Positions 24,163 through 38,905 of a stretch of DNA of 63,813 nucleotides are shown in pieces. The notes below the pieces were generated by a model. The model searched no databases. It was not told where the DNA came from and saw only the letters and a program-made list of their open reading frames with translations. The position numbers and the translations under genes were made by a program. Position 1 is the first letter of the stretch, and each line of letters opens with the position of its first letter. Location: contig NC_068984.1 in NCBI RefSeq assembly GCF_001194135.2, positions 39,401,398 to 39,465,210 of the forward strand, in the 5' to 3' direction. The DNA comes from Octopus bimaculoides (lineage: Eukaryota).

Positions 24163-24885
24163 GGAAGGAAAAGAATTGTACGGTCAGTTTGCAAGAGATG
24201 TGAATGCTAAGATAGATACAGAGGACGAATGTCTATGGATGAGAAGTGACCTGAAGATAGAGACTGGAGCATTCATATGCGCAGCTCAGGAACCAACTAT
24301 ATGAAGCGCAGAATAGACAACATTACCGATAGCGACAAACGCAGAATGTGTGGTGAGAAAGGTAAAACGTTATGGCGCATCGTGAGGAAATGCCCGAAAT
24401 TTGCACAACGCGAATAAAAAAGACGCATGACAATGTAACAAGAATGATCCATTGGGAGCTGTGTGGAAATCACGGCCTACAAAGAACAAAGACATGTTAT
24501 GAGCAAACCCCTGAAGGAGTTACCGAAAATGAGAATTGCTAAATCTTGTGGGATGCAATGATCCAGTGCGATCACCCGACCAGACATCGGAAACCGGATA
24601 TTATTGTGGTGGATAAAAAAAGAAAGAACATGTATGATAATCGACATACCATGCCCCGGTGACAACAGGATCAATGTGATAGAAGAAAAAATAAATAACT
24701 ATGACGATTTGAAGTGGGAAATAGGAAAGTTGTGGTCAATGAAGAGAATAAACGTGATATCTATAGTAATTGGTGCACTGGGAAGTATCAGCACTCAACT
24801 ACCAGCATGGCTAAAAAAGATTGGTGCAAATTCTTGCTTAGAACTGCAAGAATTCTTCGCAGGATGCTTGAAGTATGGCCAGTAA
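24160..24885 (+). mobile_element. Dong/R4-like LINE CCHC plus RLE domain fragment
   Basis: YGQFARDV..CRMCGE..RRHDNV..KPDII..IIDIPCPGD..KINNYDDLKWEI..IVIGALG; starts in (TAA)n. Confidence 0.9.
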
Positions 24886-27750
24886 ACAAATTCAGTTAAA
24901 AAAGTAATCGCTGTAAAAACGAAGAGAAAGAGAAAGAACGGTGGCCAGATAATCTTAAATACTATGAAATAGATGATTTATGATTTACACACACTACTAT
25001 GCAACACTCTTCCAAAAACATACAAAAATAAACTCGTACCGTAAATACCCAACAAAATAAACAAAGCCCACATGTGCCATAAAAGGCACAACCTGCGCTG
25101 CAGAAACAACATGCAGTACAAAAACCAATACAACAGAAGACTAAAAAAGCCCATAACAAAGCATACTGATACAATAAAACATGACCCCATCAAAAAATAA
25201 ATGCTGCATATCCCAGCGCAAAGGTTCAACAAATGATGCAAAATGAAAGTCGCTTGAAATTTTCAGATGTCGGAAAGTAATAGAGATGATGACATCGGCA
25301 ACGAACTTTACCTTACCTCAGTTTATGAGAGACAGGAGTTTCCGAAGAAACTCTGATAGTAACTGCGAAAATGAAGCTGGACCATTAAAAGAATGCTTCT
25401 CACTCAGCAGTGGTTCAGTAAAGATGCAGACTGACCACAACTGTTATCCTAATGCAGCATCAGCAGTTAACAGAGTAAAGAGGGGGAAGTGGACCAGCGA
25501 AGAAAACAAGATAGTGATACAGTGCTACTTGTAAAATGAACATAAAAGAAAGGGCTATAAAAAACGGATGTTAACACTTTGGGTAGAGAAGGACATGTTT
25601 AAAGTGACTGAACAGAGATTAGTAGATCAAGCTATTGCTATTTGAAGAAAGTGGATGACAGAATTAGAGGTAGAAGAGATCACAATAGAACTGGAAAGGA
25701 AAGGCCAGGCAGTAGGAAAGACAAACAACAATATCAGAGATACAGCTCAAACCAAAGCAGAATCTGAAGGAAAAAATAGTAGCGCTACCAATAAGAAAGG
25801 GGAAACTGGCACCAGCGACTTTAGTGATTTAAGTGAGGAAGATCAGAAGATTTTTAGATGAGTTGCATAACGTAATGAGTAAACAAGTATGAAAAAGATT
25901 GCCAACACCAAAATGCATCATCAGTAGAAAGCTATAAGAACTGACTAGTAAAGTAGATTTTGTTATCAATAGGATAGATACTAAAAATATAGGAGAAACT
26001 AGCTTATTGATCTCTGCAGGAGGCGTAATAGTCGCTAGAAGATTAGATATCTCACGGGAAAAGATTAAAAAAGAGCAAATGTGGGAAAAAGACTACAAAA
26101 TAAAGTGAAGATTTTAAGACAAGATCTGAGCAGAATTGAAGCCTGGAATCTGAACAAGTTAGGAAACACAAGTTACAAATCTTCCCTTCATAAAAGATAG
26201 TTAGGCAAAGAGAAAGGATTTGGGACAGAAATAAAATAGATCAGTATCAACAAAATAGATTGGAGACAGACCAGAGTAGATTTTATAACCAAATAAATAG
26301 TGGAGAACGAAGTACTGAAGATGAGAAACCTAATGCAGAAGAAGCTAGAAAGATCTGGAGTAATATTTGGGATAAGCTAGTCAATCATAATGGGGATGCA
26401 GTATGGTTAAAGAAAGTGAGTAAGGAGCAGCCAGGTCTAAGATTAACTAGTGCATTAATAAGTAAAGTGTTAAGAAAAATGCCGAATTAGAAGGGCCCAG
26501 GACCAGATATAGTTCAAGGGCACTGGCTAAAGAAATCCAGTAGTTTACATTGGAGGGTGAGGGAACAACTTCAGGATTGCCATAATGGGAGAATAATACC
26601 AGATTAGATTATTAGATTATTACATATGAAAGATAAGAGCAAGCGTAACACAGCTAGCAACTGTAGACCAATCACTTGCTTACCATTAGCGTGGAAGCTG
26701 TTAAGAGGAATGCTTTGAGAAAGCATTTACGAGCAACTTGACAACCAGAATTCACTGCCAGAACAGAATGGTTGCAGGAAGGCTAGAGGAACGCATGATC
26801 TATTATACATCGACAAAGCATTTTTAAATGAAGTAAAAGCTAGAAAGAAAAATCCACCAATAGCATGAACAAACTATAGGAAGGTCTATGACATGATCCC
26901 ACACTCATGGATAAGTGAATGTTTTAGTACATACAGTATCGTAGACTGCATAAAATAATTAATTAGCTTTAGCATGAAGAAATGGAAAGTAGGTCTCTGC
27001 TCAGATGACACTCTTAGGGAAATTAATATCAAACGAGGAATTATTCAGGGGGACTCGTTGTACCCTTTAATATTTGTCTTTAGTTTGATCCCCCTCAGTT
27101 TAGTATTAAGGAAAGAAAATGTAGGATGTCAGCTCAGAAATAGTAATGGAAAAATTAAACATTTGCTCTACATGGATAATCTGAAGCTTTTTAGTAAGAA
27201 TGAAAAGAGATATATTCCTTAATACAAGCAGTAAGACAATTTAGAGCAAAGATGTAGGTATGGAGTTTGGCATAGTTAAGTGTGCAATATTAGTCATGAG
27301 ACGGGGACAGGTAGTCAACAGCGAAGGCATCCAATTACCATATGGCCTGACATTAATATCATTGAAAAGAGGAGAAAGTTATAACTATCAAGGAGTATTA
27401 GAATGTGACAGAGTACTAACTATAGAAATGGAAACGAAAATTGAGAAAGAGTACATCAGAAGGGTGAGGAAGCTAACGAAGTCAAAGATAAATGGTCCGA
27501 GTCTAGTGAAGGCTGTAAATACTTGGTCGGTATCATTACTCAGTAGCTTTTGTAGGTTGGACAAAAACTGAATTAGCAAAGCTAGACAGAAGAACTAGGA
27601 AGCAATTTGATATGAATGGAGGACTCCACTCAAAGGCAGGAGTAGCAAGATTATACTTACCTAGAAAGGAAGGTGGAAGAGGGTTAATATCAGTAGAAGA
27701 CTGCGTGGAGTTATCTAGAGTAGATATAGACTCCCATGTAGGTAATAGTG
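24886..27750 (+). mobile_element. Dong/R4-like LINE, 5'UTR to RT thumb, decayed
   Basis: 5'UTR homologous to 45961-46300; KWTSEENK; RPITCLP; YDMIPHSWI; RGIIQGDSLYPLIF; LLYMDNLKLF; GGRGLISVED. Confidence 0.9.
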
Positions 27751-27754
27751 AAGG

Positions 27755-29790
27755 GTTAACCCTAAACAGACAGATCCGTCCCCTAATGTCAACGTCTAAG
27801 CTCGTCATGCCTCAATGATAACAAAACAAATACAAACCAGATTAGCCGTCAACTGGAACACCAAGGACCGCGTACTCGAATGATGAACCATGTTGGGTAT
27901 GAAAAAATCAGCTACTGGTTCAAATTTTCCCGAAACACAGCAGCTGAAAGTAGCCCACAACCAGAATATTCCAACAGATGGCCATCCATGGTCGTGATCA
28001 AATAGCCAAAAGAAAAAAAAATGAAAATGGTCTAGGGGAGATAATAAAAAAGTTCATAAGCCATTCTAACATGTCATGTATTTTTCCACAAATAAATCAA
28101 ATACTGGACAAACTTACTTAAATTGGAGACAGAAACAAACATTATGAAAAAGAAATTACTAACTGAATCAGAGATTGACCAAATTAAACAATCAGTTAAA
28201 GATAAAGGGAACGAAGTTGTAGCTAAAGAAGATACTACAGAGGAAATCATTATAGACCAACCCAAGTTTGATGAAAACGCAATAATGATTGAAAGAGTTA
28301 ATGTAACTGATAAGCAAAGTGAAATACTCTCTGAACCAAACAGAAACACTAAGGCAGATGAAAATCAAATAGATGAAGAAAGCCACACAGAAATTGATCT
28401 AAAACATCAAATCATGATTGAATGCCTGAAAACTAAAGAAACCAGTATGAATGAACGCGACATTCTCCCAAAAATTCGCAATTCTAACCAAAACATGAAA
28501 GTAATTGGTAAAATCCGCCTTGCGCTTAAGGATATAATTTCAGCTAATGATGTTGATATTAAAGATCTCAACCACCTGTACTATGCATCCGCGAAAATCT
28601 CAACGATTCTACGCGCATTCAACACCAAATTAAGCTACTTAAGTCTGACATAGATTGTTTAAAAAAACCATAAGTTTGACAAGACTATCAAACCAACAAA
28701 AATCCGAAACTTAAAGAAAAATATATAATGTGAAAACCATACTTGACATCGATACCACCATAGAAACTATCAATCAAAAGGTATGTGCTAAAGCTGCGCA
28801 CGTAGCTTGGTATGAAAAGCGCGTTAGACTCTTCAAGAACATGTTAAAAAATAACCCAAAAATTTTTTACACGAAGATAGGGAAAATACCAGTTACAGTA
28901 ATGTCTGTCCTATCAAAAGAAGAAATGCAGGAATTTTGGAATAAAATTTGAGCAGAAAAACAACACACAGTGAAAAGGCCCCTTGGATTGATAGAATATC
29001 TACAGATTTAGACTCCTTAGAAGAGCAAAAGTGGGAGGGCATCAAGGTAGAGGATGTAAGATCTGCTCTCAGAAGTCAAGCAAATGGAAGTCTCCAGGAA
29101 AGGATAAAATTCCTAACTTCTGGTTGAATGAATGCCTTCCTAGAGAGCCATGAACTGCTAAAAAAAACTTTACAATAATGTTTTTGCAACAACCTAGTAT
29201 GATTCTCACTTGGCTAGTTAATGGTGTAACATTCCTACTTCAAAAAAAAATGAAGAAACAAATTAACCAAAAAATTATAAACCCATAACCTGCTTAACAA
29301 CAATGTATAAAATACTAACATCTGTCTTGACTGAATATACCTATAGTTTTTAATAGAAAGGGGGATATTCCTAATGAGCAAAATGGATGTAAACGCGGGT
29401 CCTATGGTTGTAAAGATCAGCTACTCATCAATAAGATGAATTTGGAAAATTGTCACAAATGACACAAAACTTGTCGATAGCCTGGATAGACTATAAAAAA
29501 GCTTTTGATAGTCTACCACATAGCTGGATTAAGAAATGTCTGGAAATGTATAAAATAGCACCTGCTCTGCAAAACTTCTTGTCAGTAAGTATGAGATCAT
29601 GGATAACCACACTGACTTCGAACAGTGACAATGAATCTCACAGTGCTGGAGAGGTAAGAATTTCATATCGCATTTTCCAAGGTGACTCTCTATCACCACT
29701 CCTCTTTTGTCTAGCCTTAATGCCTCTTTCGAAATTGCTCGATGATGTACAATACAGCTATAAAATCTTTGATAAAAATTCTGCACTTCA
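27755..29790 (+). mobile_element. Second-family Dong/R4-like LINE, 5' end to RT
   Basis: KWSPGKDKIPNFWL; YKPITCLTTMYK; AWIDYKKAFDSLPHSWI; IFQGDSLSPLLFCLAL. Confidence 0.9.
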
Positions 29791-30780
29791 TATAGTTGGC
29801 CCTTAATACTTGTTCTTGAGCTGAGCACGAGTGCTTCTGTTACTATCTTCAGGTCACTCCTCTTCATCCATAGCTACCGGTCCTCTGTATCTGTCTTCGC
29901 GATCACGTCTCTTGCAAACTGACCGTACATGTGCTTTTCCTTCCGCGCTTTTTCTTTTCTTTTTTTGTTCATTTCTTGTTTAAATTTTTCTTTCGTTACA
30001 CACTTTTCAGTTTTGAAGACGCCGGCCTTCTTCGTATATTTCAACAGTGACTCCATGGCATTTTTATATATCACCCTAGGCTGTTTTCCTCTGCTTCGAT
30101 ACAGTCCTGGCAACTGATCAACCTCTTCTATCCTTTCTTCTAGACAAGTACAGCCTATCGGTGTTACTGTTAGGGTGGAAGGCTCCGTGTACTGTCAACA
30201 TTTTTCTGGTCTTGGTCTCCATTTTCTTCCTTTCTCTCTTTTGCCATTTAATAACTCCCGCTCCATACCGAAGTGATGATATCGCCCACGTATTAACTGC
30301 TTTGATGTTATTCCGTTCAGTCAGTTTTGAGCGCAACACCAACCCCAGTGTTTGAAAATACTCCATCCTCAGTTGCTGTCATTTCCTTTTCCATTATCTC
30401 GTTGAACTCTAGTACACCAAAGTATTTGATTCCTTTCGTTAGAATTTGTTTAATCAAGTATCTGTTCGGTAATTCTATCCCTGCTATGGACTGTACCTTG
30501 CCTCTTTTTTGGTAGATTATTCCGCTTTCTTGAGTCCAAATTCTATTCTAACATCAGTACTAAAACAGTGGACCGTGTTCACCAAGGAACTCACTTGAGT
30601 CTCATCCTTGCCATACAGTTTCAAATCATCCATGAAGAGGAGGTAGTTAAATGTTTGGGATTTTTCCTTTAGTTGGCACCCCAAGTTAATTTTCCTAAGG
30701 TCAGAGCTATAATGCAGAAAACAAAAAGCAACGAAGATAGGCTATTACCCTGGAAAATCTCTCTTCTGATACTAGGGCGA
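29790..30780 (-). mobile_element. Dong/R4-like LINE RT-thumb fragment
   Basis: NYLLFMDDLKLYGK; KAVNTWAISSLRYGAG; YGQFARDV..SDLKIVTEA. Confidence 0.9.
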
Positions 30781-31640
30781 GTGAAGGATAAGAGATGCAA
30801 CAGTTTGACTGAAAGCTTGAGGAAGGGAAGTGGCAAGGGCAATAGCAAAATATCTTCATGTAATACAACACATACATTTAAATTGATAGGGTTTCTCTAA
30901 GGATGTGGGCAGTACTTGTCAACACAATCTTTTGGATTTCGCTGGGACGTGGTTCTCCTGGGATATCATCTAGATGTTTATGACATCCCTTTTTTATCAT
31001 ATCGAGGGCACCCATATTAACAGGAACAGTTCTCGCTTTAAAATGCTACGTCCTTTGGTTTTCAATTTCCATGTGCTTATATTTACTTAATTTGTCAAAT
31101 TCATTTACAAATATATTTTTATCAGTAGGAACACTTACATCTATTAGTCTACAAGTATTTTCTTCCTAATCTTTAATGACTATGTCTGATCGATAAGCCC
31201 GGGTCGTTCTGTCGGTGTTGAATGGAAAATCCCAGAGGTTAATGACAACTTTACCTTCAACGACTGACTCAGGATGATGTTCATACCAGTAAGTCGGAGC
31301 ACTGATTTTGTTGTGTTTACATATTTTCCAACGTAAATACTGTCCTACCTTGTCGTGATGATTTTTGTATTCGTTTGGTGCCAGTGCAAGACTTCCCGAG
31401 ACCAGATGGTCTATTGTTTCATCAAATTTATCACAGAATCTTCATTTAGGGTCAGAACCGTTTTGAAGAACTTTAGCTTGGTAGTTTTTGGTTAGCATGC
31501 TTTGATTTTGTACCATCAATATGAAATCTTCAGTTTCGCTTTCAGTTCTTTAACAGTTGTTAATAGCCCAACTAGCTCTTCGTCATTTCTAGCAAACAGC
31601 TTCAAATCGTATAAATAAAACATGATTTACTATACTTTTA
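30780..31640 (-). mobile_element. Dong/R4-like LINE 3' part (another family)
   Basis: LKAETEDF..CRFCDKFDETIDHLVSG..HHDKVGQY..RPD..IQKIVLTSTAHILRETLSI*. Confidence 0.85.
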
Positions 31641-31727
31641 TACATTTTGAAACCATATGTAGCATTACTCACTTCGTTTGAGAGTAGGATCAGTGCCATG
31701 CAAAAGAATAATGGGGAGAGGGAGTCA

Positions 31728-31834
<107 letters not shown>

Positions 31835-31859
31835 TTAATAGTAGCAGTAGTAGTAGTAT

Positions 31860-32860
31860 TTGATGAAAACTCACAGCTGATGTTGTTGGGTATGATGGAA
31901 TGTGTCAGCTGTCCACAGTCATCATACGGTGACACTTGTTTACTGGTAATGTTTCAAGAACTCCGCGAAGAATTCTTGAACTTACAAGCAATGTTGATTT
32001 TTGTAGGTGTTCTGTCTTTACATTTGTACCAGTCTTTTTTAGCCATGTTGGTAATTAGTTCTGACACTTCCAATTGCACTAGTTACTATTGGTATCACGC
32101 CTACTCGCTTCATTGACCACAACCTTCGTGTTTCTCACTTGAAATTGTCATAGTTGTTTATTTTTTTCTTCTTCTTTCACATTGATCCTGTTGTCACCAG
32201 GGCATGCTATGTCGATTATCATGTATGTTCGTTCTTGTTTATTCACCACAACAATATCTGATTTCCGATGTCTGATCAGGTGATCCCGCTGAATCATTGT
32301 ATCACACAGGATTTTGCAATCTTCATTCTCGATGACACCTTCTGAGCTTTGCTCTTACTACGTCTTTGCTCTTTGTAGGCCGTGATTTACACAGAGCTCC
32401 CAATGGATCGTTCTTGCCACATTGTCATGTTGTTTTTTGCATTCGCTAACGATGTGCCAATTTCGGGCATTCGCTAACGATGTGCCATACCGTTTCACCC
32501 CTCTCACCACACATTCTGCATTTGTCACTGTTGGTAGTGCTGTCGATTCTGCACTTCACATAGTTGGTCTTTAACTCTTGTTCTTGAGCTGCGCGTATAA
32601 CTGCTTCTATCTCTATCTTCAGGTTACTCCTCCTCATCCATGGCCACCGGTCCCCTGTATCTATTTTGGCTTTCGTATCTCTTGCAAACTGACCATACAT
32701 TTTTTCTCCTCTCTCTGAGTTTTTCTTTCTTTACGCAACTATCAATTTTGATGACGCCGGACTTCTTCACGTTTCAACAATGGTTCCACGGCATTTTTTT
32801 ACATACCACTCTAAGCTGTTTTCTTCTGCTTAAGAGTGCGATACGATTTGTGATAATTAG
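31860..32860 (-). mobile_element. Dong/R4-like LINE 3' part ending in (TAC)n(TAA)n
   Basis: YGQFARDTK..KCRMCGERGETVWHIVSECPKL; RLE region; 3'UTR abuts the microsatellite at 31728-31860. Confidence 0.9.
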
Positions 32861-32879
32861 AGTTTGATTCTGTTTATTG

Positions 32880-34936
32880 AATTGAACAATATTTCGGCCG
32901 TATGTCTGTCGTCCATGGTTTCAAAATGAAAAATGAAAAATAAAAAATAACGCAGAAATGCGTTCGCAAGATACTATTAATTTTCATAACTGGTAACAAG
33001 GTAAAAGAACACACGAAGAAAATAGAAAAAAGGCAAGAGAACACTTAGTCAAGAAGTTATGTGCAAATATGTGTAATTCTTCTGTTATTCTGCTCATTCC
33101 TCCAGGGCGTGACGTTAGTAATTCACAGATATATTTATCCTCATGTATTTTAAGGTCTGGAAGTGGAGTGGAGTCAGAATACTTTCTAAAGATGTGCACT
33201 TTCAGATGTTCCTCAAATTTACTACTGTTTGATGTAAACTGTTCGGCAACTTCCCTCGAAGTATTGCTATTGTATCCGACGTTATACCTATGCCCATTGA
33301 ATTCTTTCTTTCTTTTTTTTTGTGGTGCAGCCAACATAAATCAAGTTTTATTTGGTGCATTCCGATGTGTACATGGAATCGGGATCCTTACAGTCCCACC
33401 TTCTGTATAAATTATAACATTTCTGTTATAATTTGGAGTTTATTTGACTCATGTTGTTGTACAACGAACAGAGCTTACCTTTCTTGCGGTTATTTTTTGG
33501 GGTACAGCATTTAGAAGCTCTAATGTAGTTTTTAAAAGAATTAGAGCTTTATTACGATTATCTGGGGCTTAAGTTTAATACGAGGGGGATTAGATTAATA
33601 TTTTGTCGAAATATTTTCCTTTGTTACTTATAGCTAATAGCAACGATATTATTAGCTCGATTCGAAGTAGATGAATAAGAAAGTTTAACGGTGTGTTAAT
33701 GAAAAATTTTCTTGTATCTTCGAGAAGGGAAATTCTTTCTAATGCATTGAAAAAACTTAGGGTTATTATTTATTAAATTTGATGCAGAAGGTGGATTATA
33801 CCATGTAATTTTTCTATTATGCAATCTATTCTTATTTCTCCTAAATCTGATAGGTTTAGAATTATTTGTATTAAGGCCAAAATTGTATAGTCATTTGGTG
33901 ATATCGGTGGCTTATTGTGTGAAGATGCCATGTTATATGCGTTATTATTATATTAAATCTATCGAACGTACGTATTTTATGTTTGTTCTTACGATCTATT
34001 TTAGCAGAATCAGCCGGCTTAAGGCTGTATGATTAATATTTTTGTTGGATTCTAGTTTGTTACTGTTATCACTGTACATTTTCATAATATTAGAAGTTAT
34101 ATCAGAAGAATTTTAGAAGTAATTTTAGTGTCAAGTATATTTCTAACTTTATTATAGCAATAATGAGATTTAGTTAAGTGTGAATCATCACCTATACAGG
34201 TTTTTGTGGAAAGGATATTTCCTGAGGGATATACTGAATTTTCTAGTTACACTCAACTCTACTAAGGACCTTATTATAGTAATTAGCGTACTGATTGAAA
34301 ATTACTTCATTAGTGGATAATTTAGAAATTTTATAGGGAACACTATCAATGATTAATTTAATTACAACTCTTGGACGACCTAAGTTTTTTCTTTTTCATA
34401 ATGAAGATGTTCATCTGGTTTATGGTTACGGATGAAGCATTTCTGTGTTCAACTCTAGTGTAACATTCAGAAAGTTATTTACATCATGATCATTTCTAAT
34501 TGTAATAGAGAGATTTATGTGTTTGAAGAATTTCCTAAGCTTTTTACATAATTTTTCTTTATATACATTAGTACAGTTACGGAAAGAGAATAGAGCATCA
34601 TTCCTATAAATAATAATAACCGAAAATCATTATTTAAGTTATATAATATAGAAATACCTATTAAATCTGTTATCTGCGCTGAGTAGCTAGATCCTACCGT
34701 AATATCAAAGTTATCTACTATCTTTTAGTTGTTTCAGTCATTAGACAGCGACCATGCTGGGCCACCGCGCTGCAGAATTTTAGTCGAACGAATCTACCCT
34801 AGTACTTATTATTTTCTAAGCCTGGTATTTATTCTATCGGTCTATTATTTTTTTTTACCTAATCGCTAATTTACGAGATAAACACGTCAACATCGGTGTC
34901 AAGCGGTGATGAGGAATAAACACACGCACGCACGCG

Positions 34937-35003
<67 letters not shown>

Positions 35004-36050
35004 CGGGCTTTTAGTTTCCGCCTACCAAATGCACTCACAAAGCTTTGGTCAGCCCGAGGCTATAGTAGAAAACACTTTCCCACGGTGCCACGCAGTAGGT
35101 CTGAAAGCGGAACCATCTGGGTGGGAGACAAGCTTCTTATTACGTAGCCAACTCTGCGTGTTACCATCAAAATCTATAACCGTTCTTCTAGCAGTAAAAA
35201 TAATATTACCACCCTTGTTAGTTAAATTAGGAGTTTCCATGGCAAAGATTGACGATTCATTTAGAAGGATAGGTGTAATACAAGAATAATAGCTATAATT
35301 ATCTCTCTAGATAAATTTGCAATGTTTCCTATTTTGAATATTTTTAAACCACCAAATAACTTCGACGGTATTTGTCCGTAGATCCAGTTTAATATTAGAC
35401 TAAAGACTGAGCAAAATATTATCCGATATTTTCTTGCATATTATAACTATATCAGATTTTGAAGGAAAGATAAGTCTAACTGGAGGTTTGCAAATAAAAT
35501 TAGGCTTGTGGTCCTTTAGATTTATCCTAGGAAGTCTAGGTAAGAAAGGTTTGATCCAATTCTCTAGTTTAAGCTTACAATCAATTTTCTAGCTTTCTTT
35601 ATCAGATTGATAAGCAGTATGTTGCTATTTTGTTATCGTCTTTTAGGATGATATTCATATAGTGCTCCATTATATAAATTTTCAGTTTTGTCCGTATGGA
35701 CAAGTATGCCTATGGATTGCTTTAAAGTCCTCGATCAAGTTACTTAACTCCCTTAAGTTTACCTTTGTCCCGTTGAATTTCTTTCAAACCTAACTTTTTA
35801 AACCATGCTCATAAAGTTCTTTTCAAAAGCATGAAGGTATGAATTATGAGGTGGATTCCTCATGAATTGGAAATTTTATTTAAAATTTAGAACATTACCA
35901 GATCTATCTATAGTAGCTACATTTTCGTAGTAGTGCATCTCCAATGCAATTTTCTAATGAAGTCATTGATACTCAATGCTCTTAGGTATTGGGATATCTT
36001 TCAGTAATTTATCTATTTACCTATCAATTTATCAATTGATTTGTCAAATT
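32880..36050 (-). mobile_element. Near-full-length decayed Penelope-like element (RT, thumb, GIY-YIG), interrupted by a SINE
   Basis: INLKDHKPNFICKPPVRLIFPSKSD (~35500); KITWYNPP..TVKLSYS (~33700-33850); DCKDPDSMY..ECTK*NLIYVGCT..FNGHR (~33400-33300). Confidence 0.8.
34730..35155 (-). mobile_element. SINE family 1, full length, inserted in the PLE
   Basis: Tail, internal (CA)n and head gggcttttagtttccgcctacc..ggtgccacgcagt. Confidence 0.85.
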
Positions 36051-36234
36051 TATCAATTTGTCTATTCAAGAAGTTAATAACCTAAAAAGGCCTTATGCCG
36101 TAGAGGAACAAGATGATCCAAGTAGTAGGGATCTTTATGATTTAGGCAATTAATTCAGTAACACTCTGAGTATATGGCTACACACATGCACACACACACA
36201 CATACACAGATGTGCGTTACTTAGAGAGCCTGGA

Positions 36235-36741
36235 GACATTCTTTGCTTTTGTAACGGCCTTGATCTCATCCTTTTTCTTCAGAATGGTGCAGATCGTCGG
36301 TGTGTTTCGGTGGTATTGACCTCCTATGTCCACTACACGCACTCCTCTCACATGTTTATTAATGATTTCCTTCTTCAATTCTATCGTAATCAACTTTTTC
36401 TTTTACTCAGCACTGTCCTTTGCACTAATCCTCTTAGGACCCATGGCTAACACAACTAATTATTATAAAATGATAGCAAAAAATGCACAAAACTAACCAA
36501 AAACACTGGAAAAAACTTAACAGGGATACCACCACAACGAGATAAACACGTGAACTGAGCGAGCGGAGACTGCACTTGTTGGGAGAGCGTATGCGAGCTC
36601 AACGCTGACTAGCGGTCGCTTAGATGAAACTCGTTCGTATTGCGGATTTCCGCTCATACTTCAAGACAAAATTCGCACGAGCCTCGGCTCGTACAGCAAA
36701 TTACTCGTACAATGGTGCACTCGTACTGCGTGGTTCTACTG
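36235..36741 (-). mobile_element. Tigger/pogo transposon 5' end
   Basis: TA|CAGTAGAACCACGCAGTACGAG terminus at 36741; MGPKRISAK..ITIELKKEII..TICTILKK (CENP-B-type HTH). Confidence 0.85.
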
Positions 36742-36773
36742 TACATACACACATACATACATACATACATACA

Positions 36774-36805
<32 letters not shown>

Positions 36806-37695
36806 CACACACACACATACATACATACATACATACATGTGTGTATGCATGCACACACACACAGATACACAAATACACACAGATACACACACGCACATAT
36901 ACACAAAAATACACCCCCCCCCACACACACACAGATACACACACATACACATACACACACACACTCATCTCAGTAAACTCAGTCGCTGTAAAGAGACGGT
37001 GATCTCTCGTAAAATAATATTTCTTAAATTACATCGAAGTTTTGCTATAGAGATATAATTTTAATTGTATGTGAAGTATTACATAATTATTTGTCAAAAT
37101 AGATCAGGAAAGCAAAAGTTTGCTGAAGTGCACTACGTAGATTTATATGAATAAAGAGATTTCGAAGTGTATATTAAAATAAGTATATCATTTTTTCATT
37201 CCGGAATATAAATGTATGACTGTAAATGTAGTGTACACGCACGAGCGCGGACATACATACACGTATGTACTCATACGCATACACGCATATATGGAGACAT
37301 ATATCCGTGTCACTGTGTATGTTGTCTTCCGTTATGACCCGTAACTCAAGTGTTAGATAAACAGTTACTGATAAAATGTGCCACTCAAATAAGTGCTGAA
37401 GCCTACATAATCAACTAAAGACCTCAAAGGCGATGTTCCAGCATAACTGCAGTTCAGCGATTGAATACAGAAAAAAAAGAAAATATAGAGTACATGCAAA
37501 ATTTATTTTATGTCACATATAGGTGTAAAATATATATTTTAATAATGCTTACACAAATACGATATATTATATATATATTCATAAAGTATCTAGATGTATT
37601 TCTTTTTTTCGACAATTCGTTGATTCACCTATCAAAGATAGTACATATACGATCTGATAACATTGTTATATTATCTTTGTTACTAATCTTATAAC

Positions 37696-38905
37696 ACAGG
37701 TTTATATGAACGGGGTACTAATGAACACTTAATTAGCTGTATATTACTCACTTCAAACCTAGTAAAAAAGTTCTATTTCTTTCAGATCCTCATGGTAGAT
37801 AAAATTCGAACACAAGAAATGAAAAGACACGCCGTCATTGTTATTCTATGTGCGGAACACAGCGATTTAAAAATTGACAACTTTCTAAATATTGAAAGAT
37901 ATTTTGTACAGAGTTCAGATGGAATTGGAAACCTCTGGCGGGAATGCTTCAACTATATCAAAGAGAAAAGAAAAAACAAAACATTTTCAATGTTAAGGAA
38001 CTATAAAGGCATCTCAATTCATCCGACTGGTTAAAACTGTTATCGATGATGACCCCGGAAAATTAATGAGGGCAATCACCAAAGTGTAGATTATCAGAAT
38101 TGTGGTTCATGAGGACATTGGACACAAGTCGTATGCAATAAGGATAGACCAATTTGTGTCTATAAACGTCAGGGAAACCGTTTGGATGTGTCAAGTGATT
38201 ACTTAAGGTTTAAAAACTCCACGAATAATGCATGCATTGGTTCTTCTCTGATAAGAAAAACTTTGACCAAGATAGGAGAACTGACAGATGAGCAAGTGCA
38301 GAAGTTTTTCATGTCCCAAAAGTGATGCACACTAAGTTTCCAGCAACATTAATTGTTTAGGAGTGTTGAGTAACAAAGGTCATATCATACCATAACGCAT
38401 CTTACTGCAGTGTTTTAAATACGTTGAGATGAAGGTGGCAGTTGCTGGGCCCCGATTGGATGAAATATGCCGTGGAAGGCCATGTATGTTTCAACAATAT
38501 TTATTACCTTCTCAGAAATCCCACCTAATCCAAGAATGAATGTCAAATAGTGAACATACCAAACCTGTGACCTCCAAACTCATCAGATTTAAGTTCTATG
38601 GGCTACTGGATTTGTTGATTGAGAGACCAATTAACATCTTCGCAATATCGTAGCTTCACAGAAGGCCACCACTGTCCAGGTGATATCCGAAATGAATAAG
38701 GACCATTTAGTGAAGTCATATCAATGATTCTGTCCCTGCAATGAAACACTCATCAAAACGAAAGCAGACTCGTATATAATAATTTCATAAGAAAGCTTAT
38801 CGAGAACATGTATAAATTTTTTTAATTAAAAACATTTGTTTTTTTGGTTAGATTAGTTGTTTTAAGTGGATATGATATATCTTCATTTATTTCTTGCACC
38901 CAATA
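37696..38905 (+). mobile_element. Tc1/mariner (maT/DD37D-like) transposon, decayed
   Basis: MKRHAVIV..; IDDDPRK.MRAI; FFSDKKNFDQ; HTKFP; RPCMFQQY; PPNSSDL-like motifs across frameshifts. Confidence 0.75.

Noticed and set aside
32885-32935. Minus-strand ..GGACG..CGGCC-GAAA hammerhead-like remnant after the long PLE
   Set aside because: Core CUGANGA not preserved
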